A stretch of 64,000 nt of DNA from Gorillibacterium sp. sgz500922 (GCF_051594785.1 NZ_JBPPGI010000006.1:90827-154826); one strand, 5' to 3'. Numbered from the stretch's first letter, positions 9,158 to 18,965 are shown. The notes: generated by a model not told the origin, from the letters alone. Translations and numbers: made by a program.

Positions 9158-10973
9158 GCGAATCGTCCCCTTTCTCTTCCTGTTGTTGCGGCGGCAGCGG
9201 CAGAAGCACGACCGCTGTGATTCCGCGCTCATCGCCGCGCTCGTAGTGCAACCCATAGTCTTTTCCAAAATGCAGCCGAATGCGCTGATGAATGTTGCGG
9301 ATGCCGTAGCCGAGCGAGGGATCGCCCTTCTCCCCGTTCAGCAGGCGCTCCAGCGCAGCGAAGTCGACCTCCTTGTAGCCGTTGTCCCGCACCCGAACCT
9401 GAACGCAGCCGCCCGCGAACTGCACAGAGACGGCGATCTCGCCGTCCTCGCCCATGTTCCGCACCCCGTGGATGATCGCATTCTCGATCAGCGGCTGGAG
9501 GATGATCTTGGGGACGCTTGCGGCGAGCAGCTCCCGGTCGATGTCCCACGTCACCCGGAAGCTGTAATCGTAACGCTTTTGCTGCAGGTTGATGTAGGCG
9601 GTCGCGTGCTCGATCTCCTGCTCCAGCGTGATTAATTCGCGCCCCTTGCTGAGGCTGATGCGCATGAGCTTGGACAGGTCCTTGATCATCTCGGCCGATT
9701 CGAAATTGCCTTCGAGCGAGCTTTTCCAATAGATGCTTTCCAGCGTGTTATAGAGCAGATGGGGATTGATCTGCTCGTAGAGAATCTGCAGCTGGGCTTC
9801 CTTCTGCTTGATGTCGAGCTGGTACTTGTCGTGGATCAGCACGTTCAGGCGCTCGGCCATGTCGTAGACGGAGTGAATCAGCACGCCGACCTCGTCCGCC
9901 CGCTGCTCCTCGGGCGCCTTCGGCACGGCATTGCCCGGCTCGTAGGAGCGGACGAAGAAGGCCAGCTTCTGCATGGGCGTCATCAAGGAGCGCCAGAAGT
10001 ACATCATCAGGACGATGCCGAAGATGATGTACGCGACCGAGATGAACCAGATGACCGATTTCAGCTCGGTCTGCTGGCGGAGCATGGACTTCAGCGGAAT
10101 CTTATAGACGAGGTTCTCTTCCTCCACCGGGCTGCGGCTCTTGACGAAGATATGGTCGCTCGTGATCTCCGCCTGATCCACCGGCAGCTCTCCGCGGAAC
10201 GCGTCGGGCACGTCGAGCTTGCCTCCGAGCGGAGCATTGGAGGCGGCAAGAATCCGGCCGTTCGGATCGGTCAGGTACATCTCGCCGTCCGGGATGGAGA
10301 CAGTGCCGAACGAGGCTGCGATCTTCTTGTCGAGATTCGTGGCGACCAGCACCCCGATCACGTTGTTTCCCCGGGAAATATTGTTCACCGCCCGGATGTA
10401 GACAAGCGTATTGGTTTTGGAAAAGGTGTTGTTGAACTGGGGAATGACCCGCAGGGTTCCCTTGCCCCGCTTCTGCACGGCTTCGTCGAACCAGGCGGGC
10501 TTATCCTGGTCGGAGAAGTAGTAGATTCCCGATTTCTTCGAGCCGCTCAGCGGCACCTTGGGCACGAACGAATAGAGGTCGTCCGGATCGTAGACGAAGA
10601 ACGAGTAGGACACGGCATCCCCGCCGTTGACGCCGAGCGAGTAGCTGAGCAGGAGCTTGTCGAGGTCCTGGTATTTGTCGAGGCGGTCGACCACGCTGTC
10701 CGCGGCGGACGGAATCATCTGCTGGATGAGGGGATGCTGAATGATCGTGGTCATGACCCGGTTGATCGTATCGACATCCCGGTCGATGACATAATGGTTC
10801 TGCTTATTCAGCTCCAGGTACGCGTCGGTCACCTGCTGCTTGAGCAGCTTCTCCGCCTTGGAATTGCCGAAGCCGTTCAGGAAGATCATCGGGCACAGCA
10901 TGACGATGACGAGCAGCATGAACTGCTGGCGGACGCGAAGCCGGGTGATCGGGTTGGTGAATCGCTTCTTCAT
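9135..10973 (-). CDS. Sensor histidine kinase, YesM-like (two TM helices, HAMP, His_kinase, HATPase)
   Basis: ATG with GAGGGGAG RBS. An N-terminal TM helix, a periplasmic-type sensor domain and a second TM helix, then a kinase core. Overlaps the response-regulator start (coupled TCS). Confidence 0.8.
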   Translation of the reverse strand: MKKRFTNPITRLRVRQQFMLLVIVMLCPMIFLNGFGNSKAEKLLKQQVTDAYLELNKQNHYVIDRDVDTINRVMTTIIQHPLIQQMIPSAADSVVDRLDKYQDLDKLLLSYSLGVNGGDAVSYSFFVYDPDDLYSFVPKVPLSGSKKSGIYYFSDQDKPAWFDEAVQKRGKGTLRVIPQFNNTFSKTNTLVYIRAVNNISRGNNVIGVLVATNLDKKIAASFGTVSIPDGEMYLTDPNGRILAASNAPLGGKLDVPDAFRGELPVDQAEITSDHIFVKSRSPVEEENLVYKIPLKSMLRQQTELKSVIWFISVAYIIFGIVLMMYFWRSLMTPMQKLAFFVRSYEPGNAVPKAPEEQRADEVGVLIHSVYDMAERLNVLIHDKYQLDIKQKEAQLQILYEQINPHLLYNTLESIYWKSSLEGNFESAEMIKDLSKLMRISLSKGRELITLEQEIEHATAYINLQQKRYDYSFRVTWDIDRELLAASVPKIILQPLIENAIIHGVRNMGEDGEIAVSVQFAGGCVQVRVRDNGYKEVDFAALERLLNGEKGDPSLGYGIRNIHQRIRLHFGKDYGLHYERGDERGITAVVLLPLPPQQQEEKGDDSHVQHFAG

Positions 10974-11334
10974 GGTGGAATCGGACTCCCCTCATCGCAT
11001 TCGAAACCGTTTTCCTCTTCTGTATCCTTTCATTCTACAACGTCCGTTCCGGTTCCTCTACGGGATTACCCGCTTCCAAATCGGACCAGTCCCCAAGCCC
11101 TGCCGGAACAGAGAAGCGCCGTGCGCGCCATCCGGGAATAGGGCCGGTTGGCGCGCGACGGCGCAGGAACAAGCGAAAGGGCCGGCGGGGCGTGGGCCGG
11201 GAAGGCGAGACGCAAGCCGGAGCCGCTTCGCCCTCCCGGTCTGCGCGGAACGCGGCGTTTCCCGGAGGACCCGGCGCAGAGGAGGCGCAGAAAGTGCGCG
11301 GCCGGAAGGCGGGAACGCTTCGGCCCGGCGAACC

Positions 11335-11470
11335 GAAACTTTGTACAGGCCGGCCATTCAGGCGTCGCTCTCGGCAGAGAGCTGCCCCCTCCCCGTCAGC
11401 CCAGCGCTTCGTGCAGGCCGGCCATTCAGGCGTCGCTCTCGGCAAAGAGCTGCCCCCCTCCCCGTCAGCC
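11335..11470. repeat. Two tandem, slightly diverged ~66-bp copies of the 3' coding end of the downstream beta-phosphoglucomutase gene
   Basis: The units TGCAGGCCGGCCATTCAGGCGTCGCTCTCGGCA(G/A)AGAGCTGCCCCCTCCCCGTCAGCCCAG(C/T)GCTTCG recur twice. A third diverged copy forms the real gene end (...AGLHEALG*). Confidence 0.6.
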
Positions 11471-12088
11471 CAGTGCTTCGTGCAGGCCGGCGATCCAGGC
11501 GTCGGCTCCGGGAAGCAGCTCGGGACGGCCGATGGCCACGGCCCGCATGCCGGCGGCCTTGGCCGCTTCGATGCCGGCGGCCGCATCCTCGAAGACCACG
11601 CAGTCGGCGGGGGCGAGACCGAGCTCGCGGGCGCCGAGCCGAAACACCTCGGGGTCGGGCTTGGCTTTCTCGACCCGCGTCCCGTCGACGACGGCGTCGA
11701 ACAGGCCTGCGATGTCGAGCCGGGCCAGGATCAGCCCGGCGTTCTTGCTTGCCGAGCCGAGCGCCGTCTTGACGCCCCGCTCCCTCAGAGCGGTCAAATA
11801 GTCCCGCGCGCCCGGCAGAAGCTCGCCCGCGTCGAGCCGGGAGATATACTCCACATACTTGGCGTTCTTCCAAGCGGCGGCGCGCTCCTTCTCCGCTTCC
11901 GGCAGCGTGACGCCGCCGACCGTGAGCAGAATGTCGAGCGACCTCATGCGGCTCACGCCCTTCAGCCGTTCGTTGTCGGCTTCGGTGAAGGCGAAGCCGA
12001 GCTTCTCCGCCAGCCCGCGCCAAGCGAGGTAATGGTACTTGGCGGTATCGACGATGACTCCGTCAAGGTCGAAGATCGCTCCCTTCAT
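11465..12088 (-). CDS. pgmB: Beta-phosphoglucomutase (HAD superfamily)
   Basis: Start MKGAIFDLDGVIVDTAKYHYLAWR after GGGAGG. The DxDG HAD motif; classical partner of GH65 phosphorylases. Confidence 0.8.
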   Translation of the reverse strand: MKGAIFDLDGVIVDTAKYHYLAWRGLAEKLGFAFTEADNERLKGVSRMRSLDILLTVGGVTLPEAEKERAAAWKNAKYVEYISRLDAGELLPGARDYLTALRERGVKTALGSASKNAGLILARLDIAGLFDAVVDGTRVEKAKPDPEVFRLGARELGLAPADCVVFEDAAAGIEAAKAAGMRAVAIGRPELLPGADAWIAGLHEALG

Positions 12089-12169
12089 TCCGGCGACCGC
12101 CTCCCGAAACCCGGGACGGGCCGTCGGCTCTCTATCGTCAAGATATGGCATCGCTATCCCTCTCTCCTC

Positions 12170-14515
12170 TCATTGGCTGCCGTTCGGCGCATCGGTCGGG
12201 CTAATCCGGATCGCCAGCGTTTCGCCCGGACGGCAGCGGTACTCCCTGCCCGCCACCGCGAAGACCTGCTCCTCCGCCAGAATGAGCGGCTCCACGGTCA
12301 CGCTCTCCCGGCCGACGGTCAAGGCGAACGCCTGCCCGCGGAAACGGAAGGCAAAGCGCACCGACGTCCAGACGGAGGGCAGCGCCGGCTTCAGGCGGAT
12401 GCGTCCGGCTTCCACCGACAGGCCGGCAAAACCGAAGATCGCCGCCATCCAGGCTCCGCCGTTCGCGGCCGAGTGGACCCCGCCGATGTACAGGTCGCCC
12501 ACGTAGGTTTTCGACTCGCCGGTCAGGTCGATCGTCGCGGTTTTCATGAAATAGGGGTAGCCCCAGTCGGGAAGCCCGATGTCCGCCGCCACCATCGCGT
12601 AGATGCAAGCGCTCAGGCTGGAGCCGTGCTCGGTGCGCGGCTCATAGTACTCCCAATTGGCCCGGATGACTTCTCGGGGGAACCGGTCCCGGAACAGGTG
12701 CAGGAGCAGCACGGTGTCGGCCTGCTTCAGAATCTGAGTGGTCGTCGCGAGTCCGCTGCCGCCGCCCCAGTATTCGCTCGGATGCAGCTGCCGGCTCCGC
12801 AGGTCGCGAAGCGGCACGTCCTCCAGCGTCAAGTAGCGGTCGAACTGCTCGATCAGACCGGTACGGGGGTCGGGCGCAGGCAGGTACAGCTTCTCCCGCA
12901 TCCGGCGGATCTGGTCCAGCGCGGGGGCATAGGCGAGCTCGGAGAACAGCTCGTCCAGCCGGTCCGGATGACGGTTCCGGAGATAGTCCACGGTCTCCAG
13001 GGCGATGTCGAGCGTCCTCGCCGCCATGTAGTTGGTGAAGGCGTTGTTGTTCACCCGCTCGTGGTATTCGTCCGGCCCCGTGACGTCGAGCAGCTCGTAG
13101 CGGTCCCGGACCGGCTGATAGTAGCCGTAGGAGAGGAAGAACCGGGCGCACTCCAGCACCGTCTCCGCGCCGCCGTCGAGCAAGAGGCTGTCGTCGCCGG
13201 TGAGCTGAACGTAGCTCCAGATGCCGTGCGCCACGTCGGCGCTGATGTGAATCTGCTTGTCGCGGAAATACGTGCGCATCGGCCGGCCGGTGAAGACGTC
13301 CGTTACGTTGAACAGCGTGCAGGCGTCGTCGCCGGTGTCCTGGCTCTCCCAGGCGAAGAAGGCTCCCTCGAAGCCGTATTCCGCCGCCTTGCGGCGAGCG
13401 CCGTCCAGCGTCCGGCAGCGGTACAGGAGCAGATTCCGGGCGAGCTCCGGCTGCGTATGCAGGAAGAACGGCAGCATGAACAGCTCCGTATCCCAGAAGA
13501 TCGCTCCCTTGTAGACCTGACCGGACAAGCCCCGGGCGGGGATAGAGCCGGGCCGTTCCCCGGCGGGAGCGGCGATCAGGAGTTGATACATACTATATCG
13601 GAGGGCGAGCTGCGCCTCCGGATCGCCGCCGATCTGCACATCAGAGATGTCCCACAAGTCGGACCACACCTTCGCGGTGGCGTCGCGGAGGGCGTCCCAG
13701 CCCTCGGCGAGCGCTTCGCGGCAGTCCCGCCGGGCCGCTTCCTCCGGTTCGCCTTCCCCGTCGAGTCCGGTATAGACGGCGGCGACCTTGAAGAATCGGT
13801 ACTCCACGCCCGCCCGGCAATCGAGGGTGAACGTCCGCCGGATGCAGAGGCCATTCGCGTCGATGGCGGGATGCCCCTCCTGCGGTTCATCCGCCGCCGG
13901 ATCGCCCGCCAGCCAGACGAAGCCTTCGGCCACGGCAACGGGAACCTGCTGCTCCTGGGAGACGGCGCGGATGCCGAGAAGGCCGTCCGTCTCGCCCAGG
14001 GTATACGCCTGCAGATGCGGGCCGTTGATGTCCCACACGTCGCCGTCGATTCCGGTCGCAAGCAGCAGGCGGCAGTCCGCCGTCGTCCGGATCGAGCCGG
14101 CCAGCGCCAGCACGTGCCGGCGGTCCATGCTGACGAACCGCTCCGTCGTCAGGCGGACGCAGGCTCCGTCTTCACCCGGCAGCGGGTAGACCGTCTCCCG
14201 GCGATGGACGCCGGTTCGCAGCTCAAGCTGCTGGGCATGGGCCAGGGGCGGCGCCGACTCCGGCGTGAGCGGCCTCCCGTCCGCCAGGGCGAGACGGGTC
14301 CACAGGCCGTTCGGGGCGTTGACCGGTTCGCGCCACTTGGCGCCGACCCGGTCGTAGAGACCGGCCAGGTTGACGGCAACGAGCTGCTCCTTGGTGTACT
14401 CCTCCAGCGTCCCCCGGTAGCCCAGGTAGCCGTTGCCGGTCATGAACTTATTGCCGAGGGCGACGATCCGCCCCGGGTCCCAGCCTTCCTCCCGGACCAA
14501 CCACTCCGTCGCCAT
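12170..14515 (-). CDS. GH65 family glycoside phosphorylase (kojibiose/nigerose/trehalose/maltose phosphorylase class)
   Basis: 781 aa with N-terminal beta-sandwich, (alpha/alpha)6 catalytic and C-terminal domains characteristic of GH65. Confidence 0.8.
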   Translation of the reverse strand: MATEWLVREEGWDPGRIVALGNKFMTGNGYLGYRGTLEEYTKEQLVAVNLAGLYDRVGAKWREPVNAPNGLWTRLALADGRPLTPESAPPLAHAQQLELRTGVHRRETVYPLPGEDGACVRLTTERFVSMDRRHVLALAGSIRTTADCRLLLATGIDGDVWDINGPHLQAYTLGETDGLLGIRAVSQEQQVPVAVAEGFVWLAGDPAADEPQEGHPAIDANGLCIRRTFTLDCRAGVEYRFFKVAAVYTGLDGEGEPEEAARRDCREALAEGWDALRDATAKVWSDLWDISDVQIGGDPEAQLALRYSMYQLLIAAPAGERPGSIPARGLSGQVYKGAIFWDTELFMLPFFLHTQPELARNLLLYRCRTLDGARRKAAEYGFEGAFFAWESQDTGDDACTLFNVTDVFTGRPMRTYFRDKQIHISADVAHGIWSYVQLTGDDSLLLDGGAETVLECARFFLSYGYYQPVRDRYELLDVTGPDEYHERVNNNAFTNYMAARTLDIALETVDYLRNRHPDRLDELFSELAYAPALDQIRRMREKLYLPAPDPRTGLIEQFDRYLTLEDVPLRDLRSRQLHPSEYWGGGSGLATTTQILKQADTVLLLHLFRDRFPREVIRANWEYYEPRTEHGSSLSACIYAMVAADIGLPDWGYPYFMKTATIDLTGESKTYVGDLYIGGVHSAANGGAWMAAIFGFAGLSVEAGRIRLKPALPSVWTSVRFAFRFRGQAFALTVGRESVTVEPLILAEEQVFAVAGREYRCRPGETLAIRISPTDAPNGSQ

Positions 14516-14516
14516 C

Positions 14517-16838
14517 TCAGCGCACCTCCTGCTGCGGGAGCGCCATTCGCTGCTCGAGCGGCGCCCGCACGCCGGAGCCGTCCACGAGGCATTCCCGCCC
14601 GTACAGGCGGATGGCCACCTCTGCTCCGTTCTCGGAGACGATGCCGACTTCCTTCGGGGTAACGTCGACTGCCAGCAGGGCGCCGCCGTACGTCAGCTTG
14701 AACCGGTACGCGGTCCAGGCCGCTGGAATGGACGGAGCGAAGGACAGGCCGTCGCCGTCCGAGCGCATGCCGCCAAAGCCGTACACGATGTTCATCCAGG
14801 CGGCAGCGATGGAGGTCGTATGCAGCCCCTCGCGGGTGTTGCGGTTATAGTTGTCGAGATCGAGACGGCTCGCGAACTCGAAGAAGCGGTAGGCCTCGTC
14901 GTGCTTGCCGAGCTCGGAGGCGAGGATCGAATGGATCGACGGCGACAGCGACGATTCATGGATGCAGCGCGGTTCGTAATACTCGTAATTGGCCCGCTTC
15001 GTCCGCTCGTCGAACCGGCTGTTGTACAGGAACAGGAACATCAGCACGTCCGGCTGCTTGATCATGTCGTACCGGTAAATCCGGTCGTAGGACCAGTGGG
15101 CGTAGAGCGGGAAATCGGTCACCGGAATGGAATGGATGTCGAGGTGCGGCATGTCGAAGAAGCCCTCGTGCTCTTCGAAAATCCCCGTCGCTTCCTCCTG
15201 CGGGATATACATCGCTTCGGCGAGCCGGCCCCACTCTTCCGCTTCCTCCGGGTCGAAGCCGATGCGGGCCGCCAGGGCCGCGAAGCCGTCCGGTGCGTCG
15301 CGGCGCATCTCGGCGACGGCGGTCCGCGCGTAATCGAACAGCTCCTTGGCCATGTAATTGATGTAGCCGTTGTGATTGACCATGAGTTGGAACTCGTCCG
15401 GCCCCATCACGCCGAAGTAGCCGAAGCGCCCGGTCCGTTGACTCCATTGGCCGCGCGTGGCGTAGAAGCGGCTGATCTCGATCAGCATTTCGACGCCCTT
15501 CTCGTAGAGGTAGCCGCGGTCGCCGGTGATTTTGACGTAATGCCACAGCCCGTACGCCACGGCCGTCCCGACATGCAGCTGCGTGTTGGAATGCTGCCAC
15601 AGGTCGCAGCTCTCCGTCCCGTCGATGGTGGCGATCGGGTAGCAGGCTCCCTTGCAGTCGACGTCGCGGGCGCGCTCCCGGGCTTCGGGCAGGGTGTTGT
15701 AACGGAAATCGAGCAGGCTCCTCGCCGCCTTGGGGTTGTTGAACAGGTAGAAGGGCAGGCAGTACGACTCCGTATCCCAGAAGGCGAGGCCGCGGTACGC
15801 TTCGCCGGTCAGTCCCTTCGCCCCGATGTTGAGGCCGGGGTTGTCGCCGTGGTAGGTCTGATGCATCTGGAACACGCAGAAGCGAATGCCCTGCTGGTTC
15901 TCCGGATCGCCTTCGATGACGATGTCCGAAGCCGTCCAGATGCGCTCCCAGGCCGCTTCATGCTCGGCCAGCAGCCCGTCCAGCGTCAAGCCGGCATGAC
16001 GCTCCAGGAGCGCGGCGCCGTCCGCCCAGGCCTGCTCCTCCCGAACGGCCGCGTCTTTCACCGCCAGGTTGGTGACCACCTTGGAGAAGCCGGTTTCCTG
16101 TCCGGCGGCGAGTGTCAGCGCGAATTCGACGGCGGCGGTCTTCTCGCCTTCCAAGTAGGCGAGCTCGGGATCGCCGTCCGCCGCGAGCCGGAAGCCGCTG
16201 AACAGCCGGTTGCCGGTGGTGACGGTTCGGCCGAGCAGCGCCGCCCCCCGGTCGGTCGCGCTCTTGCGCTCGCAGACCCACAGGTTCTTGCCCTGGTCCT
16301 CGTGAATGACGGACAGGTCGAGGCCCGAGCGGATGGAGACCGCTCCCTCGAAGCCGACGGATTCGATGCGCACGCGCTGGCAGCCGACATGCGTGTTCGT
16401 CATGCTGACGAAGCGCAGAAAGGTCAGCTTCAGCGCCGCCCCGCTCGGCAGATGCCAGACGAACTCGCGGGCATAGGTCCCCCGCCTGAGATCCAGCTTG
16501 CGCCGAAAGCCGGAGATGCGGCTTGCCGCGAGGTCCAGCTTTTCGCCCTCGGCGCGGATTTCCGTATCCAGCCAGTTCACGGCGTTCACCATGAAGCGGA
16601 CTTGGCGGGTGATGCCTTTGTAATGGGGGCCGATCTTGAATTCCTCGAACAAGCCGTTGAAATAGCTGCCCACCAGCGAATCGCCGGTATAGCCTTCGTC
16701 CGCATAACCGCGGACCCCCATATATTCGTTGCCGAGCGAGAAAATCGATTCCGATACCCGGTTCCTTGCCGGATCAAAGCCTTCCTCTGCCACTGCCCAG
16801 GGATCGATGAGCAGATATGGGTCCGCTTGTTTTGCCAT
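14517..16838 (-). CDS. Second GH65 family glycoside phosphorylase (paralog, different predicted specificity)
   Basis: 773-aa GH65 architecture; RBS GAGGAGGAG; separated from the first paralog by 1 nt. Confidence 0.8.
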   Translation of the reverse strand: MAKQADPYLLIDPWAVAEEGFDPARNRVSESIFSLGNEYMGVRGYADEGYTGDSLVGSYFNGLFEEFKIGPHYKGITRQVRFMVNAVNWLDTEIRAEGEKLDLAASRISGFRRKLDLRRGTYAREFVWHLPSGAALKLTFLRFVSMTNTHVGCQRVRIESVGFEGAVSIRSGLDLSVIHEDQGKNLWVCERKSATDRGAALLGRTVTTGNRLFSGFRLAADGDPELAYLEGEKTAAVEFALTLAAGQETGFSKVVTNLAVKDAAVREEQAWADGAALLERHAGLTLDGLLAEHEAAWERIWTASDIVIEGDPENQQGIRFCVFQMHQTYHGDNPGLNIGAKGLTGEAYRGLAFWDTESYCLPFYLFNNPKAARSLLDFRYNTLPEARERARDVDCKGACYPIATIDGTESCDLWQHSNTQLHVGTAVAYGLWHYVKITGDRGYLYEKGVEMLIEISRFYATRGQWSQRTGRFGYFGVMGPDEFQLMVNHNGYINYMAKELFDYARTAVAEMRRDAPDGFAALAARIGFDPEEAEEWGRLAEAMYIPQEEATGIFEEHEGFFDMPHLDIHSIPVTDFPLYAHWSYDRIYRYDMIKQPDVLMFLFLYNSRFDERTKRANYEYYEPRCIHESSLSPSIHSILASELGKHDEAYRFFEFASRLDLDNYNRNTREGLHTTSIAAAWMNIVYGFGGMRSDGDGLSFAPSIPAAWTAYRFKLTYGGALLAVDVTPKEVGIVSENGAEVAIRLYGRECLVDGSGVRAPLEQRMALPQQEVR

Positions 16839-16991
16839 GTTGACCGCTCCTCCTCTTTTTCTTCCCTCTTAGGGTATAGGCAAGGAGGTCCGGTTTGAAG
16901 GTCAGCCGTTAAGGACTTCATGTGCGATCTTACGAATTGAACAAAAGTAACCATTCATTCCATGAGACATAGCCGATGATGCTGCTCGACC

Positions 16992-17522
16992 TCACATAAT
17001 CGTGTCTAAGTCCAGTTGCCATTCGTTGCACCGCATAAAACTCCCTTTCGGGTACTCGAATTCACACTCGCCGATGAACGAGAAGCGACTCTTCCTGCAG
17101 ATTGCATTTGAAGCCAGGTTGTCGACGGATGGGAATGCGTAGATAAACCTGTGCTTCTGCTCCGACTTAGCGCTCGATATAGCTGCCGCGGTCGCTGCGA
17201 GAGCTACGCCTTTTCCTTGAAACGGGGATATGACGCTCCAGCCCATCTCATACACGGTCTCTCCGTGGTGGAGGGTTTCCCAATAGCCGATGCTGCCAAC
17301 CAACTCAAGACTCGGGAGCCACACCATGCTGCACATACGGCCAGCCCCCGCTTGGTTGACCCTCAGGTATCGCTTATGGCGTGCAAGGAGCTGCTCCTCG
17401 GTTTCTGGCCCGCCTAAGTGCTTTGTCATTTCCGGAGCATTAAGAAGACGGAGCAATTCCAGGTTGGCAGCTTCATCTGCCCAAGACTCCATACGTATCG
17501 GAAGAGGCGGTTGATTTTCCAT
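16992..17522 (-). CDS. GNAT family N-acetyltransferase
   Basis: Acetyl-CoA-binding motif (...FQGKGVALAATAAAISSA...). Located in a low-GC islet. The start is taken at MENQPPL (after GGAGCG); the first ATG of the ORF at 17552 is equally possible. Confidence 0.6.
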   Translation of the reverse strand: MENQPPLPIRMESWADEAANLELLRLLNAPEMTKHLGGPETEEQLLARHKRYLRVNQAGAGRMCSMVWLPSLELVGSIGYWETLHHGETVYEMGWSVISPFQGKGVALAATAAAISSAKSEQKHRFIYAFPSVDNLASNAICRKSRFSFIGECEFEYPKGSFMRCNEWQLDLDTIM

Positions 17523-17551
17523 TTCCATCGCTCCATTTATCGTTTTATCCA

Positions 17552-17580
17552 TTAATGGATTTAACTATTTAAACCATTAA
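17552..17580. promoter_or_regulatory. Inverted repeat TTAATGG-N15-CCATTAA in a divergent, AT-rich promoter region (candidate operator)
   Basis: A perfect 7-bp inverted repeat, read directly from the sequence, between the divergent GNAT and hypothetical genes. Confidence 0.35.
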
Positions 17581-17643
17581 TTAAGGGTTCATCTATTTTT
17601 TAGCAGCTTATATATTTGGAAGACACTATCCTGCAAAGGGTGA

Positions 17644-18147
17644 ATGAATATGAACAGAACCGTCGTGCTCCTTGGCTTATCCCTCTTGGCCAACGCCGTT
17701 TTATTGGGAATGGTGTTCTCAAAGCCATCCCATGATCGCAACCATCGCGTCGATTATGAGGCCTCCGTTCAAGCCCTGACGCAAGCCGATCGGTACTTGG
17801 CAAGTCTTTCAAAAGGGGAAAAGCTAGATAAGAACTCTCAAGCCCTATTTCAATCCTTTCGCATGGTGGACACGTCGCTCATTTTCTTTCATCAATACAA
17901 CCCGTCATTTAGCAACAACGGCCTTCCCACAGGCAACCTCCAGCTTGTTCTGGAGGAGCTCCAATACGAGCTTGCCATTGCGATGAACCATGTTTTAATA
18001 GAGAGAACGGTTGAAGGGCAACTTGACAGGATTGCGAATGTTCAAAATGAGATAAAGGATGTCCTCACGAAACTCCCGGGCAACTACGATTACTCGACCG
18101 TTAAAAACGGATTGCAGAAACTGCAAGGCAGGCAACGGAACCAATAA
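17644..18147 (+). CDS. Hypothetical protein with an N-terminal signal/anchor helix
   Basis: RBS AAGGGTGA; MNMNRTVVLLGLSLLANAVLLG...; low-GC codon usage; no recognisable domain. Confidence 0.55.
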   Translation: MNMNRTVVLLGLSLLANAVLLGMVFSKPSHDRNHRVDYEASVQALTQADRYLASLSKGEKLDKNSQALFQSFRMVDTSLIFFHQYNPSFSNNGLPTGNLQLVLEELQYELAIAMNHVLIERTVEGQLDRIANVQNEIKDVLTKLPGNYDYSTVKNGLQKLQGRQRNQ

Positions 18148-18149
18148 AT

Positions 18150-18190
18150 AATGACCCCTCGCCGTCGTATGGCACAGGAGTCATTTTTCG
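18150..18190 (+). terminator. Putative rho-independent terminator
   Basis: AATGACCCC...GGAGTCATTTTT hairpin plus a T-run just after the stop. Confidence 0.45.
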
Positions 18191-18212
18191 TTGCAAGAGA
18201 GAATGGCACAGC

Positions 18213-18755
18213 CTACCAGGCAATCTCCTTGATGACCGCTCCGGCGAAATCCTTGATCTCGAACCGGCCGCCCGTCATGACGCCGTAGGAGGCCGGATAA
18301 TTTTCCTTCGGCAGCGACACCGAGCCGGGATTCAGCACGATGATCTCCCCCCGCTTCTCCGCCACCGGCACGTGGGTATGGCCCTGGATGAAAATATCCC
18401 CGGCCGCAAGCGGCGGCAGGTCGTCGATATGGTGGTGATGGCCATGCGTCGCGTAAATTCGACGTTTCTCGTGGAACAACATCGCGTATTCGGCCAGCAT
18501 CGGGAACCCGATCAGCATCTGATCGACCTCGGAATCGCAGTTGCCGCGCACGGCGACAAACCGCTCTTTGTAGCCGTTCAGCCGCTCCGCGACTTCCTTC
18601 GGCCGGTAGTCCTCGGGCAGCGGGTTGCGCGGGCCGTGATAGAGCAGATCGCCGAGGCTTACCAGGGTGTCCGCCCCTTCCCGCTCGAAGGCCTCGAGCG
18701 CCCGGTTCAGTCCGGCGAGCGAGCCGTGTACATCCGATAGAAAGAACAGCTTCAT
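18213..18755 (-). CDS. Metallophosphoesterase (YfcE-like phosphodiesterase)
   Basis: DVHG...GDLLYHGP...GNCD...GHTH motifs; RBS GGGGAGGAAG. Confidence 0.8.
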   Translation of the reverse strand: MKLFFLSDVHGSLAGLNRALEAFEREGADTLVSLGDLLYHGPRNPLPEDYRPKEVAERLNGYKERFVAVRGNCDSEVDQMLIGFPMLAEYAMLFHEKRRIYATHGHHHHIDDLPPLAAGDIFIQGHTHVPVAEKRGEIIVLNPGSVSLPKENYPASYGVMTGGRFEIKDFAGAVIKEIAW

Positions 18756-18965
18756 GATCTCTTCCTCCCCTTCTTGTCTTCTCTCCAGTATAGCAAGAAC
18801 GGCCGGGGCCGTCCTCTGCCGATCCTCCAGAAACCGTGAAAAGGGGACCCAAGCCGGCAGTCCTAAGGTTCATCGGACCGCGGCAGGCCAAAGCGTCAGA
18901 CCCGCAAGTTCGTCGATCCGCGGATTCGCCGGACCGCCCGCGGAAGCCGAGTGGGCCCGGTCGGC

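Noticed and set aside
11192-14662. 1156-aa plus-strand ORF (with overlapping 221/228-aa fragments) antisense to pgmB and the GH65 genes
   Set aside because: It lies antisense to well-supported genes in about 70% GC DNA. There is no RBS, the composition is Arg/Gly/Pro/Ala, and there is no domain signature. It is a stop-codon-poor antisense frame. The same applies to 14433..16898(+), 21347..23734(+), 54931..58014(+), 4283..5638(+), 9759..11141(+), 19862..21295(+), 28209..29630(+), 36138..37370(+), 42002..43588(+), 43576..45834(+), 48177..50084(+) and the many 60-250-aa antisense fragments.
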